Shown here one piece after another: positions 1 to 9,133 of a stretch of DNA of 62,499 nucleotides. The position numbers and the translations under genes are program-made. The notes beneath the pieces were generated by a model that saw only the letters and a list, made by a program, of their open reading frames with translations, was not told where the DNA came from and ran no database searches. How positions within the stretch are numbered: the stretch's first letter is position 1; each line of letters opens with the position of its first letter. Origin of the DNA: a virus (taxonomy: Duplodnaviria; Caudoviricetes); the IMG/VR virus record IMGVR_UViG_3300042504_001487, positions 1 through 62,499 of that record. One strand, given 5' to 3'.

Positions 1-286
1 TGACCTGGTGACCTGGTGACCTGGTGACCTGGTGCTGCTGTTGACCTGGTGACCTGGTGACCTGGTGACCTGGTGACCTGGTGACCTGGTGCTGCTGTTG
101 ACCTGGTGACCTGGTGACCTGGTGACCTGGTGACCTGGTGACCTGGTGCTGCTGTTGACCTGGTGACCTGGTGACCTGGTGACCTGGTGACCTGGTGACC
201 TGGTGCTGCTGTTGACCTGGTGACCTGGTGACCTGGTGACCTGGTGCTGCTGTTGACCTGGTGACCTGGTGACCTGGTGACCTGGT
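1..286. repeat. Tandem array of TGACCTGG in runs separated by TGCTGCTGT (left end)
   Basis: Directly visible; same array as 62120-62499. Confidence 0.97.
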
Positions 287-557
287 GGCAATGCGCTGTG
301 CTGATGCGATAACCTGCTGCCGTGCTGCTGCTGTGCTGTGCTGCTGCTGCTGTGTACAGTGTACAGTGGGGGGGGGGACAGTGTCTCTCGTCCTGAGGGG
401 GGGGGGCCACCACGCGGGTGGCACCGCCACCTTGATCGCTACCCTTACTATATATATATATTACCCCTTACCAGCGTTATCATTTAAGTTCAACCTTACA
501 CCATCACCCCTTCAAAATTTTTCATCATCGCCGAGAACCCATCTTTACACTTTTTAT

Positions 558-586
558 TTGACGCCAACATTACCCAGCCTTACACA
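558..586 (+). promoter_or_regulatory. Putative sigma70-type promoter TTGACG-N17-TACACA
   Basis: Good -35 and weak -10, ending 8 nt before ATG 595. Confidence 0.45.
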
Positions 587-594
587 CCAACCCC

Positions 595-870
595 ATGAAC
601 GAACCACATCCCGAAACGCTGTTTCAACAGTCCATCTTGAACAGAATCGCCGTCATTGAAGACATCTCGCGCAAAGCATTTCACTTAAAAGGCAAAAGTG
701 GGCGTCGAACCCACAATGGCACACGACATCACGTCACCAAGCTCACCAACTTCTTGCAACACCGCAAGTCCTGCATCCAGGGCTACCGTGCCAAAGTTCA
801 GTTGGCAAACGCCGCCAAAGGCTGCAACACCACTTCCGGCATCCCAGAAATCTTCCTCGCCTTGGCATGA
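595..870 (+). CDS. Hypothetical protein
   Basis: ORF after promoter; ATGA overlap with the next gene. Confidence 0.65.
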   Translation: MNEPHPETLFQQSILNRIAVIEDISRKAFHLKGKSGRRTHNGTRHHVTKLTNFLQHRKSCIQGYRAKVQLANAAKGCNTTSGIPEIFLALA

Positions 871-1340
871 AAGTCCTCTGCATCCTCCAAAACCAGTGGG
901 CCGACAACCCCGATCAGATCAACGCCTTGCACGCCAAGCATCCTGGTATGCGCAACGAAATCATCTCACGCATGCTGTTTCGCGGATCTCTCACCGGCAG
1001 CCGCATTGAGGCCGTGTTTGGCGACATGATGAAGAACCACGCATTCATCTTCGACGAGGCGTCGGCGTCAGTCGTTTCAAACAACCAGTACAACGCGCCA
1101 TACAACGCCAGCCACGTTCGCAAAACCATCGCACGCTTTCGCCCGGACGCCGTCATCGCCTTTGGCTCGTCTCCTCGCAGAGCTATCAAAGACGTGCGCA
1201 AAGCCAAACGCGAAAAGATCGACCTGCCTCCGGTAATCGAGTGCGTCCACCCAGCCATCCAGAAACCCGGCTGGATGCAAGAAATGCTCGACGCGAAGTC
1301 GGCTCTCAAAACGATCTTCAAACAACTGCAACCTGTATGA
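867..1340 (+). CDS. Uracil-DNA glycosylase-like fold protein
   Basis: RPDAVIAFG...VIECVHPA resembles the UDG-superfamily C-terminal motifs (PxxIxxxG, HP[SA]). Confidence 0.55.
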   Translation: MKVLCILQNQWADNPDQINALHAKHPGMRNEIISRMLFRGSLTGSRIEAVFGDMMKNHAFIFDEASASVVSNNQYNAPYNASHVRKTIARFRPDAVIAFGSSPRRAIKDVRKAKREKIDLPPVIECVHPAIQKPGWMQEMLDAKSALKTIFKQLQPV

Positions 1341-1732
1341 ACCCTGACATTGACCCAGAAGAAATTCAGCCGGGTTGGCGAGAATTAGCGTTGCGGGGCA
1401 AACCGCTGCAAAGGCATGTTTGGCTCCAATATCGCGGCGTGGGGTTGATCACGTTAAAACGACTAGCCGCTCAAGGGTTGGTGGAAAAATCGACAGACGA
1501 GTTTGAAGGACTGAGCGTTCGCGCTGTAAACGGTCTTCACAACGCAGGCATCCATACACGCAAACAAGCCAAAGACCTTGTGGAATCCGGCAAACTCACG
1601 CCTATGACGTTGAGAAACTTTGGAACCAAATCGTACACCGAACTGTGCAAATTTTTGGGAATCCGTAACCACCCTGCTGACCCGCGCCCACGTTGTGAAA
1701 GCTGTGGGCGCGTGCTCAAAACGACATTATGA
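1337..1732 (+). CDS. RNA polymerase alpha C-terminal-domain-like protein with terminal CxxC
   Basis: EGLSVRAVNGLHNAGIHT...LRNFGTKSYTEL matches alpha-CTD (LSVRxxNCL...NLGxKSLxEI); ATG 1337 overlaps upstream stop. Confidence 0.8.
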   Translation: MNPDIDPEEIQPGWRELALRGKPLQRHVWLQYRGVGLITLKRLAAQGLVEKSTDEFEGLSVRAVNGLHNAGIHTRKQAKDLVESGKLTPMTLRNFGTKSYTELCKFLGIRNHPADPRPRCESCGRVLKTTL

Positions 1733-1983
1733 ACTTCTTCGCCTCTCTGATCGACGACGAACCTCCCACCCCCCAGTGGAAGCAGCACCTCTGCAAGCTC
1801 AACCCGTTCAAGCGCCGAAAGGTAGTGGCGATTGAAGATGTGGTGCCACTGCTTGACGCGCTTGAAAACATCGAAGCCCAGGGTCGCCCGCACAGCCGCG
1901 CTTGCGGGTGCGGGGAGTGCGAAAACTGGGATCAAGTCTATACCGCGTACACCAAGTTCATCCTCAAACACCCGCTGCCGTGA
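1729..1983 (+). CDS. Hypothetical protein with HxxxCxCxxC motif
   Basis: ATGA-coupled ORF. Confidence 0.6.
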   Translation: MNFFASLIDDEPPTPQWKQHLCKLNPFKRRKVVAIEDVVPLLDALENIEAQGRPHSRACGCGECENWDQVYTAYTKFILKHPLP

Positions 1984-2294
1984 AAATCGACCCCGTCTGG
2001 ACCATCATCGTCATTACCACCATCGTCATCACCTTCCTCGCCTTCTGGTTTGTCTTCGTAGTTCGACAGATCTACGCGGTGTTCATCACCACCAAAGAGA
2101 AACGTGTTGCTCTGGAAGCCCAGCGACACATGCTTCGCTTTTGCCAAAATCCGACTCAGCGCAACTGGCAAACCGCGTGGACCTTCATCACGAAAAACCA
2201 GATTTCGCTCAACGATCTGGAATGGCATCTGGTCGAGAGATTCACCAAAATGGGGTACATCACCAACTTTCCACCCGATGCCGAACCCTCGTAA
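1980..2294 (+). CDS. Small membrane protein
   Basis: GTG start overlapping the upstream TGA; one N-terminal hydrophobic helix. Confidence 0.6.
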   Translation: MKIDPVWTIIVITTIVITFLAFWFVFVVRQIYAVFITTKEKRVALEAQRHMLRFCQNPTQRNWQTAWTFITKNQISLNDLEWHLVERFTKMGYITNFPPDAEPS

Positions 2295-2511
2295 AAACCT
2301 CAAAGGCAAAACTTTCGGCAGTCTCACCGTGCTGCGTCTGGCGAAGTCGGACAACAGCGGCAACACCCAGTGGCTGTGCCTCTGCGACTGCGGCAACGAA
2401 ACCACCGTGCGCTACCAGCACCTTTCGACCGGACGCACCAAGTCGTGTGGCTGTTCTAAGAAAAGCGGTCGCAGCCTTGATCCGTTTAGTGAAGAGGCGT
2501 TTTGGGGCTAG
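2278..2511 (+). CDS. Zn-binding protein resembling the N-terminal module of AP2/HNH phage proteins; ends EEAFWG
   Basis: GKTFGSLTV...WLCLCDCGN...TKSCGC motif. Confidence 0.75.
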   Translation: MPNPRKNLKGKTFGSLTVLRLAKSDNSGNTQWLCLCDCGNETTVRYQHLSTGRTKSCGCSKKSGRSLDPFSEEAFWG

Positions 2512-2863
2512 CCAAAGGCTTCCCCACCTCGCCGATGAACCCTTTCACGGGTTTGACCAACAGGAGACGCACCACCTTGCGGTAGTTCCGCTGCACGGTC
2601 AGCCTGCTTACCCCCAGCAGTTTTGCGATCTCCTTGGCTCCGAGGTTCCAATCCACCTGCGCCCACGAAGACAGGGGGATGAACCGGCGCTTGGCCTTGA
2701 TGCGCTTGCGCTGATGGGCTGCTTTCATCTCGGCGTGCCTCTCGCACAGCTTACTCTTGGGACAGCGAATGGAGGGCGTGCCGCCGCAAATAGGGCACAG
2801 ATTGGCCCCTTTGCGCATAAGCTGCCATTGCTGTTGTTTTGAAAGTTCACTCAATTTTAGCAT
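2486..2863 (-). CDS. Zn-finger plus HTH DNA-binding protein
   Basis: CPICGG...CERH and VDWNLGAKEIAKLLGVSRLTV; ATG 2863 follows a TTGACC...TATATA promoter-like sequence. Confidence 0.65.
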   Translation of the reverse strand: MLKLSELSKQQQWQLMRKGANLCPICGGTPSIRCPKSKLCERHAEMKAAHQRKRIKAKRRFIPLSSWAQVDWNLGAKEIAKLLGVSRLTVQRNYRKVVRLLLVKPVKGFIGEVGKPLASPKTPLH

Positions 2864-2944
2864 TGACCATATATATACTTGGTGGCAGCATGCGGTCAAT
2901 CGACGGTTGCGGGGTCGTCCGACCTTTGTTACTTGCGCAGCATT

Positions 2945-5227
2945 ATGTCCCAACTAACTCTTCTCGCCAAATTACCCACCGAGGCATCCCCTCCGGTGCC
3001 AGACGTAACGGCTGCCGCCCGAGTCAAACGTGCGTCCGACGTAGTCTCGCAGTATCAGACCTTGTTCAACGAGGACTACATTGCCAGCCGCGACCGTGCC
3101 GTAGTGCAGTCCATGGCCGACCGCAACGCGCCCTACAGCGACAGCCGATTACGTCAACTGGGCATCTCCGGCATCACCAACGTCAACTGGGGCGACCTTG
3201 GCATTGCACAGATGGAGGCCGAGAAGCCATACAACTCCGTGCTGATGTCGATGTCGCACTTTGGCATCGTGCCTTTCAAGAACGGCGTCATGACAGACGT
3301 GGAGGCCGAGGAGAAAGAGATCGTCGTCGCGGAAGAACTGCACCGCATGATCACCGAATGGCGGGATTTCCGCTTCCGCTGGAAGATGAACGCTCACTTT
3401 TTCACCATGTGGGGCGTCAGCTTCACCTACCGCGAAGACAACCTCGACTGGCGGTGGAAGGTGTCTTCCCTGCAAGACGTTAAGGTGCCGCGTGGGACAC
3501 AGGCGACGGTCAACGAAGTGGACCGCATCTTCATGAAGGCCGACATGACCCCGTCGGATCTGTTCGCCAAGATCAGAGACCCGGAAGTTGGAAGACTAGC
3601 CGGGTGGAACGAAGCGCAGATACGCATGTCGTGCGCCAACGCCCAACCCAAGCCGCTCAACACGCAGTCCCCCGAGGACATGCAGGCGATGTGGAAAGAC
3701 AACTCGGTGTATAGCGGCAACACCAACATCGTCGTGCAGGTGGTACACGGGTTCGTCAAAGAAGTGGACGGATCGGTCAGCCACTACATCGTAGATTACA
3801 CATTGAACACGGCAGAAGCCCAGTTCATCTACGAGAAGAAGGGCAAGTTTGCCGACATGTCGGAGTTTATCAACGCCTACCTGTTTGGCGTCGGCACCAA
3901 CGGAGATTTCCACAGCATTCGAGGCAACGCCTTCAATCTGTTCCCGTCGGCAGCCGCCCTCAACAAACTGCGCTGCAAGCTCGTGGACAAAGCCAACGAC
4001 GAGGCCAACACTTTCCTCTCAACCGACAACGAAGACGCGACCATCGACAACATGATCGTTCCTCGTGGACCCTACTTCCAGCTTACCACTGGGGTCAACT
4101 TCGTGGAAAGGGCAACGCCTCCGGTCGCCGGGAACCTTGTCCCGGCCATCGAAGAGATGGAGCAGACTTTCCGTGTTCAATCCTCCGGCATGGCCCCGCG
4201 ATCCACCGCGCAAACCGAGCGAGGACAGAAGACCAAGTACGAACTCCAACGCGCCGACGAGATCGACTCGTCCCTCACCAGCGACTCCATGGACATGTTC
4301 TTGGACTCTTGGAAGTGGGACTACCGCGAGGTGGTGAAGCGCGTCATCAACCCCGATCTTCAGGAAGATCACCCAGGCGGCAAGCAAGCGTTCGACTTCC
4401 GCCGCCGTTGCGAGCAACGCGGCGTGCCGTATGTCCTGCTCCAGCAACTTGACTTCGACAACATCAACCTCAACCGAGGCATCGGTCGTGGTTCGTCTGC
4501 CGAACGTCGGTCAGTGCTGAGCAACCTCAACGACACCATCTTCGGACGGCTTGATCCCGAAGGGCAGCAAATCCTTACCCGTGACACCATCGCGGCACAG
4601 ACCGACTACCGGTATGCCTTGATGCTGGTGCCACGGCAAGCGGGTCAGCGTCCTCCAGTGGACAAGCAGATCGCCAACATCGAGAACATGGACCTCAAAA
4701 CAGGGTCCGACGCAGTGCTGGTGCCGAATCAAAACCACATCGTCCATGTCGGTGCACATCTGGAGTTGCTGCAAGCGTACGATGCCGCCATCGCCGAGGT
4801 GCAGGTGGAACTGAAAGACGCCATTCCGGTGATGCTGAAAGCCTCCGAGCACTGCAACGAGCACATGCAGTACATCGACCCAGAAAGCCAGCCGTATCGC
4901 ACATACAAGCAGGCGCTTCAGCAGCTTAACGAGGTCATCACCAACGGGGCAAAGCACCTGGAGGCCGACCAGCGCAAAGCGCAGAAGGCGATGGAAAAAG
5001 GACTGCCACCACCCGAAGAGGACGGCACGCCACCTGGGGTGCATGGTCAGGCGGTGGACGCCAAAGCGCGGCTTGAAATGATACGCCAAGAAGGTTTGAC
5101 CAAACTGGAGATTAAGAAGCAGGAGGCCGACCAGAAACTCCTCTTCAACGACGCCTTCGCCGCGCAAAAGCTCAAGCAGATGAGCGCCGAGCAGCAGATT
5201 AAAGCCCGTCAGAGACCCACAGCATGA
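2945..5227 (+). CDS. Probable portal protein
   Basis: ~760 aa with helical C-terminus; first gene of head module, before scaffold and capsid; assigned by position and size. Confidence 0.7.
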   Translation: MSQLTLLAKLPTEASPPVPDVTAAARVKRASDVVSQYQTLFNEDYIASRDRAVVQSMADRNAPYSDSRLRQLGISGITNVNWGDLGIAQMEAEKPYNSVLMSMSHFGIVPFKNGVMTDVEAEEKEIVVAEELHRMITEWRDFRFRWKMNAHFFTMWGVSFTYREDNLDWRWKVSSLQDVKVPRGTQATVNEVDRIFMKADMTPSDLFAKIRDPEVGRLAGWNEAQIRMSCANAQPKPLNTQSPEDMQAMWKDNSVYSGNTNIVVQVVHGFVKEVDGSVSHYIVDYTLNTAEAQFIYEKKGKFADMSEFINAYLFGVGTNGDFHSIRGNAFNLFPSAAALNKLRCKLVDKANDEANTFLSTDNEDATIDNMIVPRGPYFQLTTGVNFVERATPPVAGNLVPAIEEMEQTFRVQSSGMAPRSTAQTERGQKTKYELQRADEIDSSLTSDSMDMFLDSWKWDYREVVKRVINPDLQEDHPGGKQAFDFRRRCEQRGVPYVLLQQLDFDNINLNRGIGRGSSAERRSVLSNLNDTIFGRLDPEGQQILTRDTIAAQTDYRYALMLVPRQAGQRPPVDKQIANIENMDLKTGSDAVLVPNQNHIVHVGAHLELLQAYDAAIAEVQVELKDAIPVMLKASEHCNEHMQYIDPESQPYRTYKQALQQLNEVITNGAKHLEADQRKAQKAMEKGLPPPEEDGTPPGVHGQAVDAKARLEMIRQEGLTKLEIKKQEADQKLLFNDAFAAQKLKQMSAEQQIKARQRPTA

Positions 5228-5586
5228 ACACCCCGATATTAAGCAGTCCAGAAATTCGTAAGTTCAGGAGTTCCGTCCCGTTGCAGCAATCCCTGAAAGC
5301 GGCTTTAGAGCAGCCAGAAATCAAAGCTGCCCTTGAAGCCATTGCCAGCACGGTGCTGCCAAGAAGCATCCCCGACACCATCCCCGGCAATCACCCGGAC
5401 ACGGCTATCGCTCACCAGTATTACCGCATGTTTGGGGTTCAGCAGGTGCTCTCCACGTTGGAAGCCATGACAGTCCCATCCGGGAAGCACAAACTCGACA
5501 ACGGGGGCAAACTTTCAGCTTTTGAAGACAGCCTGCCCGACGAATACGCCGACCCGCTGCCACCTTCTGAGCGCCTCGAAAAATAG
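5224..5586 (+). CDS. Hypothetical head-module protein
   Basis: ATGA-coupled to portal. Confidence 0.7.
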   Translation: MNTPILSSPEIRKFRSSVPLQQSLKAALEQPEIKAALEAIASTVLPRSIPDTIPGNHPDTAIAHQYYRMFGVQQVLSTLEAMTVPSGKHKLDNGGKLSAFEDSLPDEYADPLPPSERLEK

Positions 5587-5599
5587 CGCCTGAAAATCT

Positions 5600-6784
5600 A
5601 TGCTAAACCCCACTACCCCGCCTCCCTCCGTCGAGATCGACGGAGCTTCGTTCAATGCCGCCCTTGCGGCCACCGTCCCTCAAGCTACCGGAATGCAGCC
5701 CGTCCAGGCTCCCGCCGTAGTTGAAGCGCCCCCAGTCACTCCTTCAGTCGAGGTCAAACCTGTGGAGGTCAAACCTGCCGACGAGAAACCCAAGAAAGGG
5801 TTGGACGCTCTCCCCGAGGAAAAAATCGAGGAAGAAAAGAAAGAGGAGAAAATCGAAGCCAAATCTCCCGAAGAACCGGAGGTGGACACTTCCAAGTGGG
5901 CCAAACCCCAGCAGCAAGCGTTTGCCGCCATGCGTGCGGAGAAGAAACGCGCTGAAGAAAAAGCTCGTGACGCCCAGATCCGTTACGACAAGCTCCAAAA
6001 AGAATACGAGCAGGCCAAAGCCAACCCCAAAGACAGCGAGGAAACGCTGAAAAAGCTCGAACGTCTGGAATCGTGGGAGAAAGCCCAGGATCTTCGCAAC
6101 ACCCCCGAGTGGATCGAAACCATTCAAGCGCCGATCCAGAAGTCTCTGGATATGCTTCACCGCATCGCTGACCACGCCAACATTGACGCCCAGGCTTTGA
6201 TTGAGGCCACCGACGAGGAGGTGCCGTTTGAGCGCATCCTTGCCATTCGCAAGGTGTTCGACGAGTCAGACACACCCGTCCCAGACACCCTCATCACTGC
6301 CGCCGTGCAGGAGGCCGAGAAGCTCCACCCTCTTTACCAAAAAGGGTCGGATATGGAGAGGAACGCCGCTGAAACTCTCACCAGTCTCCGCTATCAGACC
6401 GATCAACAAAAAGCCGAGATTTCCAAAGCCGAAGAAGCGGCTTATGTGAAGCACCACGACCACATCTACGGGCAGATGGCAAAGAAACTGCCGTCGCTGT
6501 TCAGCAAACCTGAGATCGCTGACGAAGTAAAAGCAGCACGCCCAGCCACCGACCCAGCCGAAAGGGCATTCCAGGCTCAAGCAGCCGCCCTGCTTCCTTC
6601 AATAGCCCAAGAACTGTTCGCTCTGCGGGAAGAAGTGAAGAAGGAGAAGGCTTCCAAGCTCGCTTTGCTAGGCGCTCGCCCCGGCGTCAACCCTTCCCCG
6701 GCACCCACCTCTAAACCGGCCAGCGACGACGACGTGGAGCTTGACGAAGAGGGTCTGACATCAGCCCTCCGCCAGCGCCGGTAA
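5600..6784 (+). CDS. Probable capsid scaffolding protein
   Basis: E/K/P-rich coiled-coil protein immediately before capsid. Confidence 0.65.
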   Translation: MLNPTTPPPSVEIDGASFNAALAATVPQATGMQPVQAPAVVEAPPVTPSVEVKPVEVKPADEKPKKGLDALPEEKIEEEKKEEKIEAKSPEEPEVDTSKWAKPQQQAFAAMRAEKKRAEEKARDAQIRYDKLQKEYEQAKANPKDSEETLKKLERLESWEKAQDLRNTPEWIETIQAPIQKSLDMLHRIADHANIDAQALIEATDEEVPFERILAIRKVFDESDTPVPDTLITAAVQEAEKLHPLYQKGSDMERNAAETLTSLRYQTDQQKAEISKAEEAAYVKHHDHIYGQMAKKLPSLFSKPEIADEVKAARPATDPAERAFQAQAAALLPSIAQELFALREEVKKEKASKLALLGARPGVNPSPAPTSKPASDDDVELDEEGLTSALRQRR

Positions 6785-6801
6785 CATCCCCCAAATTGCA
6801 G

Positions 6802-6840
6802 TGCCGGGTTGGCTTAATCGCCGACCCGGCATTTTTTTTT
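6802..6840 (+). terminator. Rho-independent terminator
   Basis: TGCCGGGTTGGC-loop-GCCGACCCGGCA followed by T9. Confidence 0.9.
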
Positions 6841-6841
6841 G

Positions 6842-6870
6842 TTGACGTTGTGGGATATTGTATATATTCT
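6842..6870 (+). promoter_or_regulatory. Sigma70-type promoter for capsid gene
   Basis: TTGACG-N17-TATTCT right after the terminator. Confidence 0.75.
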
Positions 6871-7047
6871 GCACCATTGAAGCGTAACATCACCCGTCCT
6901 TCACGGGTACTTTGGTCACTAACCGGAGCGTAAATCTAGCCAGGACACCTCCCCTGACATCAAGCAATTCGCCTTGCTTACGTCATCAGGGGCATTCCCA
7001 CGGTCGCGTTGAGCGGGCTTAACAAACCACTCATTTATTTCACGACT

Positions 7048-8226
7048 ATGCCTGCTACCGCACTCGACCAGTACTTCCTCTCCGACGCCTCTCGTATCGA
7101 AGGCAAGGTGGACAAAATTATGCGCGTCAAAGGACGCCTCTCCGCACTCCTCAAGAAGGACATCCTGCCTGACGGCATGGGCTTCAACTTCTCGACGGTG
7201 ATCGTCAAACGCTCCACCGGCGTCGGTGGCGGCTGGGTGCCGGTCTCCACACCCGATGGCTCCGGCAACAACTGCGTGCCGACGCCAACCGTCATCAGCC
7301 CAGCGATGACTCAGATCACCTACTCGGCGTTCCAGACGACCCAGTATTCCAACGACATCTGCTTCCGCGATCTGGCGGCTGCCTACGATGCAAAAGACCA
7401 GCTTTCCGCCATTCGCGACAACTTTGTCGCCAACGTGGTCGATACCTGGGACTTGCAAGACAAGGCGCTGTTCCTCCAGAACGCCGGTCACAAGATCGTC
7501 TTCAACTCGTCCCTGACCGAGACCACCAACGGCAGCACGATGCCAGCCGTTCCCGCCACCAGCACGATCAACCAGGGTCTCCTCGACGTGCTCTACAACC
7601 GTGGTACACAGGACGGCATGGGCGAAGAATCCGCCTACGCCAAACGTCAGGGCGCTCCGATCCTGCCGCTCATCCTGTCCCAAGAAGCTCACCGGACGAT
7701 CATCAAAGGAGATGACTCGATCCGCAACGACTTCCGCTGGGCCGACTCCGGCAAGAGCGATGGCGCTGTCTTGCTCCAGTCCTGGGGCATCGACCGCGAA
7801 TACGGTGGTTTCCACCACATCGTCGATCAGCGTATGCCACGCTGGGACTTCGTCAACGGTGCCTGGGTCAATCGTCCGTTCTACTCCAACACGGCCACCA
7901 CCATCGGTGACGAGGCCAACGTGAGCGCGGCCTACCAAGCTGCCGAGTTTGAAGACCTCTACATCTTCAGCCCCGACATGATGACCCGTCAGGTGCCAAA
8001 GCCCTCGACCTCCTTCGGTTCGGGTTCCAGCGCCAAGGCGATCAGCTTCAACGGAGAAGTCGTGTGGCTCAACATCCCCGACAAAGTCGAGAATCCGTTC
8101 AGCGACATCGGCTTCTTCGCCGCCCGCCTCTACGCCGCCTACAAGCCCCGCAAGGTGCAATACGGCTACGTCGTCCGCTTCAAACGCTGCCCTAACGTGG
8201 CTAGCACCTCCTGCCCCGCCTACTAA
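7048..8226 (+). CDS. Probable major capsid protein
   Basis: 392 aa, strongly biased codons, own promoter and terminator, follows scaffold. Confidence 0.8.
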   Translation: MPATALDQYFLSDASRIEGKVDKIMRVKGRLSALLKKDILPDGMGFNFSTVIVKRSTGVGGGWVPVSTPDGSGNNCVPTPTVISPAMTQITYSAFQTTQYSNDICFRDLAAAYDAKDQLSAIRDNFVANVVDTWDLQDKALFLQNAGHKIVFNSSLTETTNGSTMPAVPATSTINQGLLDVLYNRGTQDGMGEESAYAKRQGAPILPLILSQEAHRTIIKGDDSIRNDFRWADSGKSDGAVLLQSWGIDREYGGFHHIVDQRMPRWDFVNGAWVNRPFYSNTATTIGDEANVSAAYQAAEFEDLYIFSPDMMTRQVPKPSTSFGSGSSAKAISFNGEVVWLNIPDKVENPFSDIGFFAARLYAAYKPRKVQYGYVVRFKRCPNVASTSCPAY

Positions 8227-8243
8227 TTGACGGGAAGGTCAAC

Positions 8244-8283
8244 GGCGGGGGTTCTGCTCAACACAGACCCCCGCCTTCTTTTT
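8244..8283 (+). terminator. Rho-independent terminator
   Basis: GGCGGGGGTTCTG-loop-CAGACCCCCGCC-TTCTTTTT. Confidence 0.8.
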
Positions 8284-8315
8284 GAACTCAGCTACCATCA
8301 ATCCCATTTCCCACT

Positions 8316-8549
8316 ATGATCCTGATCCCAATCCCGCAAGGACTTGACGCCGCCAACTATCCCGAAGGCGAATCGTTTGAAATCACCGCCACCGTTGTCC
8401 GAGGCCCAAACGGGTTCGAGGTGGAGGCTATCGAAGGCATGCCCGTCGAATCTGAAGAAGCCATGGAAGACGAAGCCATGGAAGCTGAAACCGAGATGGA
8501 CGAAGCCGGTCTTGCGAAAGCCATGGGCCGAGGCATGATGGGGGCATAA
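8316..8549 (+). CDS. Small acidic protein
   Basis: ORF after terminator; E/M-rich tail. Confidence 0.65.
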   Translation: MILIPIPQGLDAANYPEGESFEITATVVRGPNGFEVEAIEGMPVESEEAMEDEAMEAETEMDEAGLAKAMGRGMMGA

Positions 8550-8554
8550 CCGCC

Positions 8555-8683
8555 ATGAATGTCACCACTCTCACCGGAACGACCGAGGACGCAGCCACTC
8601 TCACAGTGCTGGGAGCCTCGGCGTTCGCCGACACTGAAGTCGGACTTCTTCAGCAACTTCTGATCGCCGTCGCCAACGCATGA
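8555..8683 (+). CDS. 42-aa protein paralogous to the N-terminus of the next gene (not in ORF track)
   Basis: MNVTTLTG...LLQQLLIAVANA vs MNVTPLYG...LLRQVLVATAN; ATGA coupling. Confidence 0.65.
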   Translation: MNVTTLTGTTEDAATLTVLGASAFADTEVGLLQQLLIAVANA

Positions 8684-9126
8684 ATGTGACCCCCCTTTAT
8701 GGAGAATCTCAAGCCAACACGGCTCGAACCCTAATCGGGGGTCAGGCTATTGGCGAGAACCGCAACGACTTGCTTCGGCAGGTGCTTGTGGCAACCGCCA
8801 ATAAAGTGGGAGCAAGCACGCCAACGGCGACAACGCTTACTTATGCGGCTTCGGTCGTGCTGGACTTCTCTGGTGCCGACTTTCAGACGGTGACTCTTGC
8901 GGGCGACATCACGTTCACCACAAGCAATCTGGCCGCAGGACGAAGCAAGACCGTCCGCATTATCGGAGACGGCTCGTCTCGCAACTTCACTTTCCCCGGT
9001 GGTTGGATCTTTGTGGGCGCGGCGGCTCCAACTGCCCTGGCTGCCAACAAGACTGCAATTCTTACCATGACCAGCTTCGGCACCGCCGACGCCAATGTGG
9101 TTGCGGCCTACTCTGCACAGCCCTGA
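8680..9126 (+). CDS. Putative virion decoration or fibre protein
   Basis: Beta-rich TVTLAGDITFTTSN...RNFTFP domain seen in phage fibre tips. Confidence 0.6.
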   Translation: MNVTPLYGESQANTARTLIGGQAIGENRNDLLRQVLVATANKVGASTPTATTLTYAASVVLDFSGADFQTVTLAGDITFTTSNLAAGRSKTVRIIGDGSSRNFTFPGGWIFVGAAAPTALAANKTAILTMTSFGTADANVVAAYSAQP

Positions 9127-9133
9127 CAAGCCC

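Noticed and set aside
1-286. CRISPR array
   Set aside because: 8-bp units with no unique spacers; the Cas4-like gene is a standard phage replication-module nuclease
285-659. 124-aa ORF
   Set aside because: Translation of low-complexity non-coding sequence
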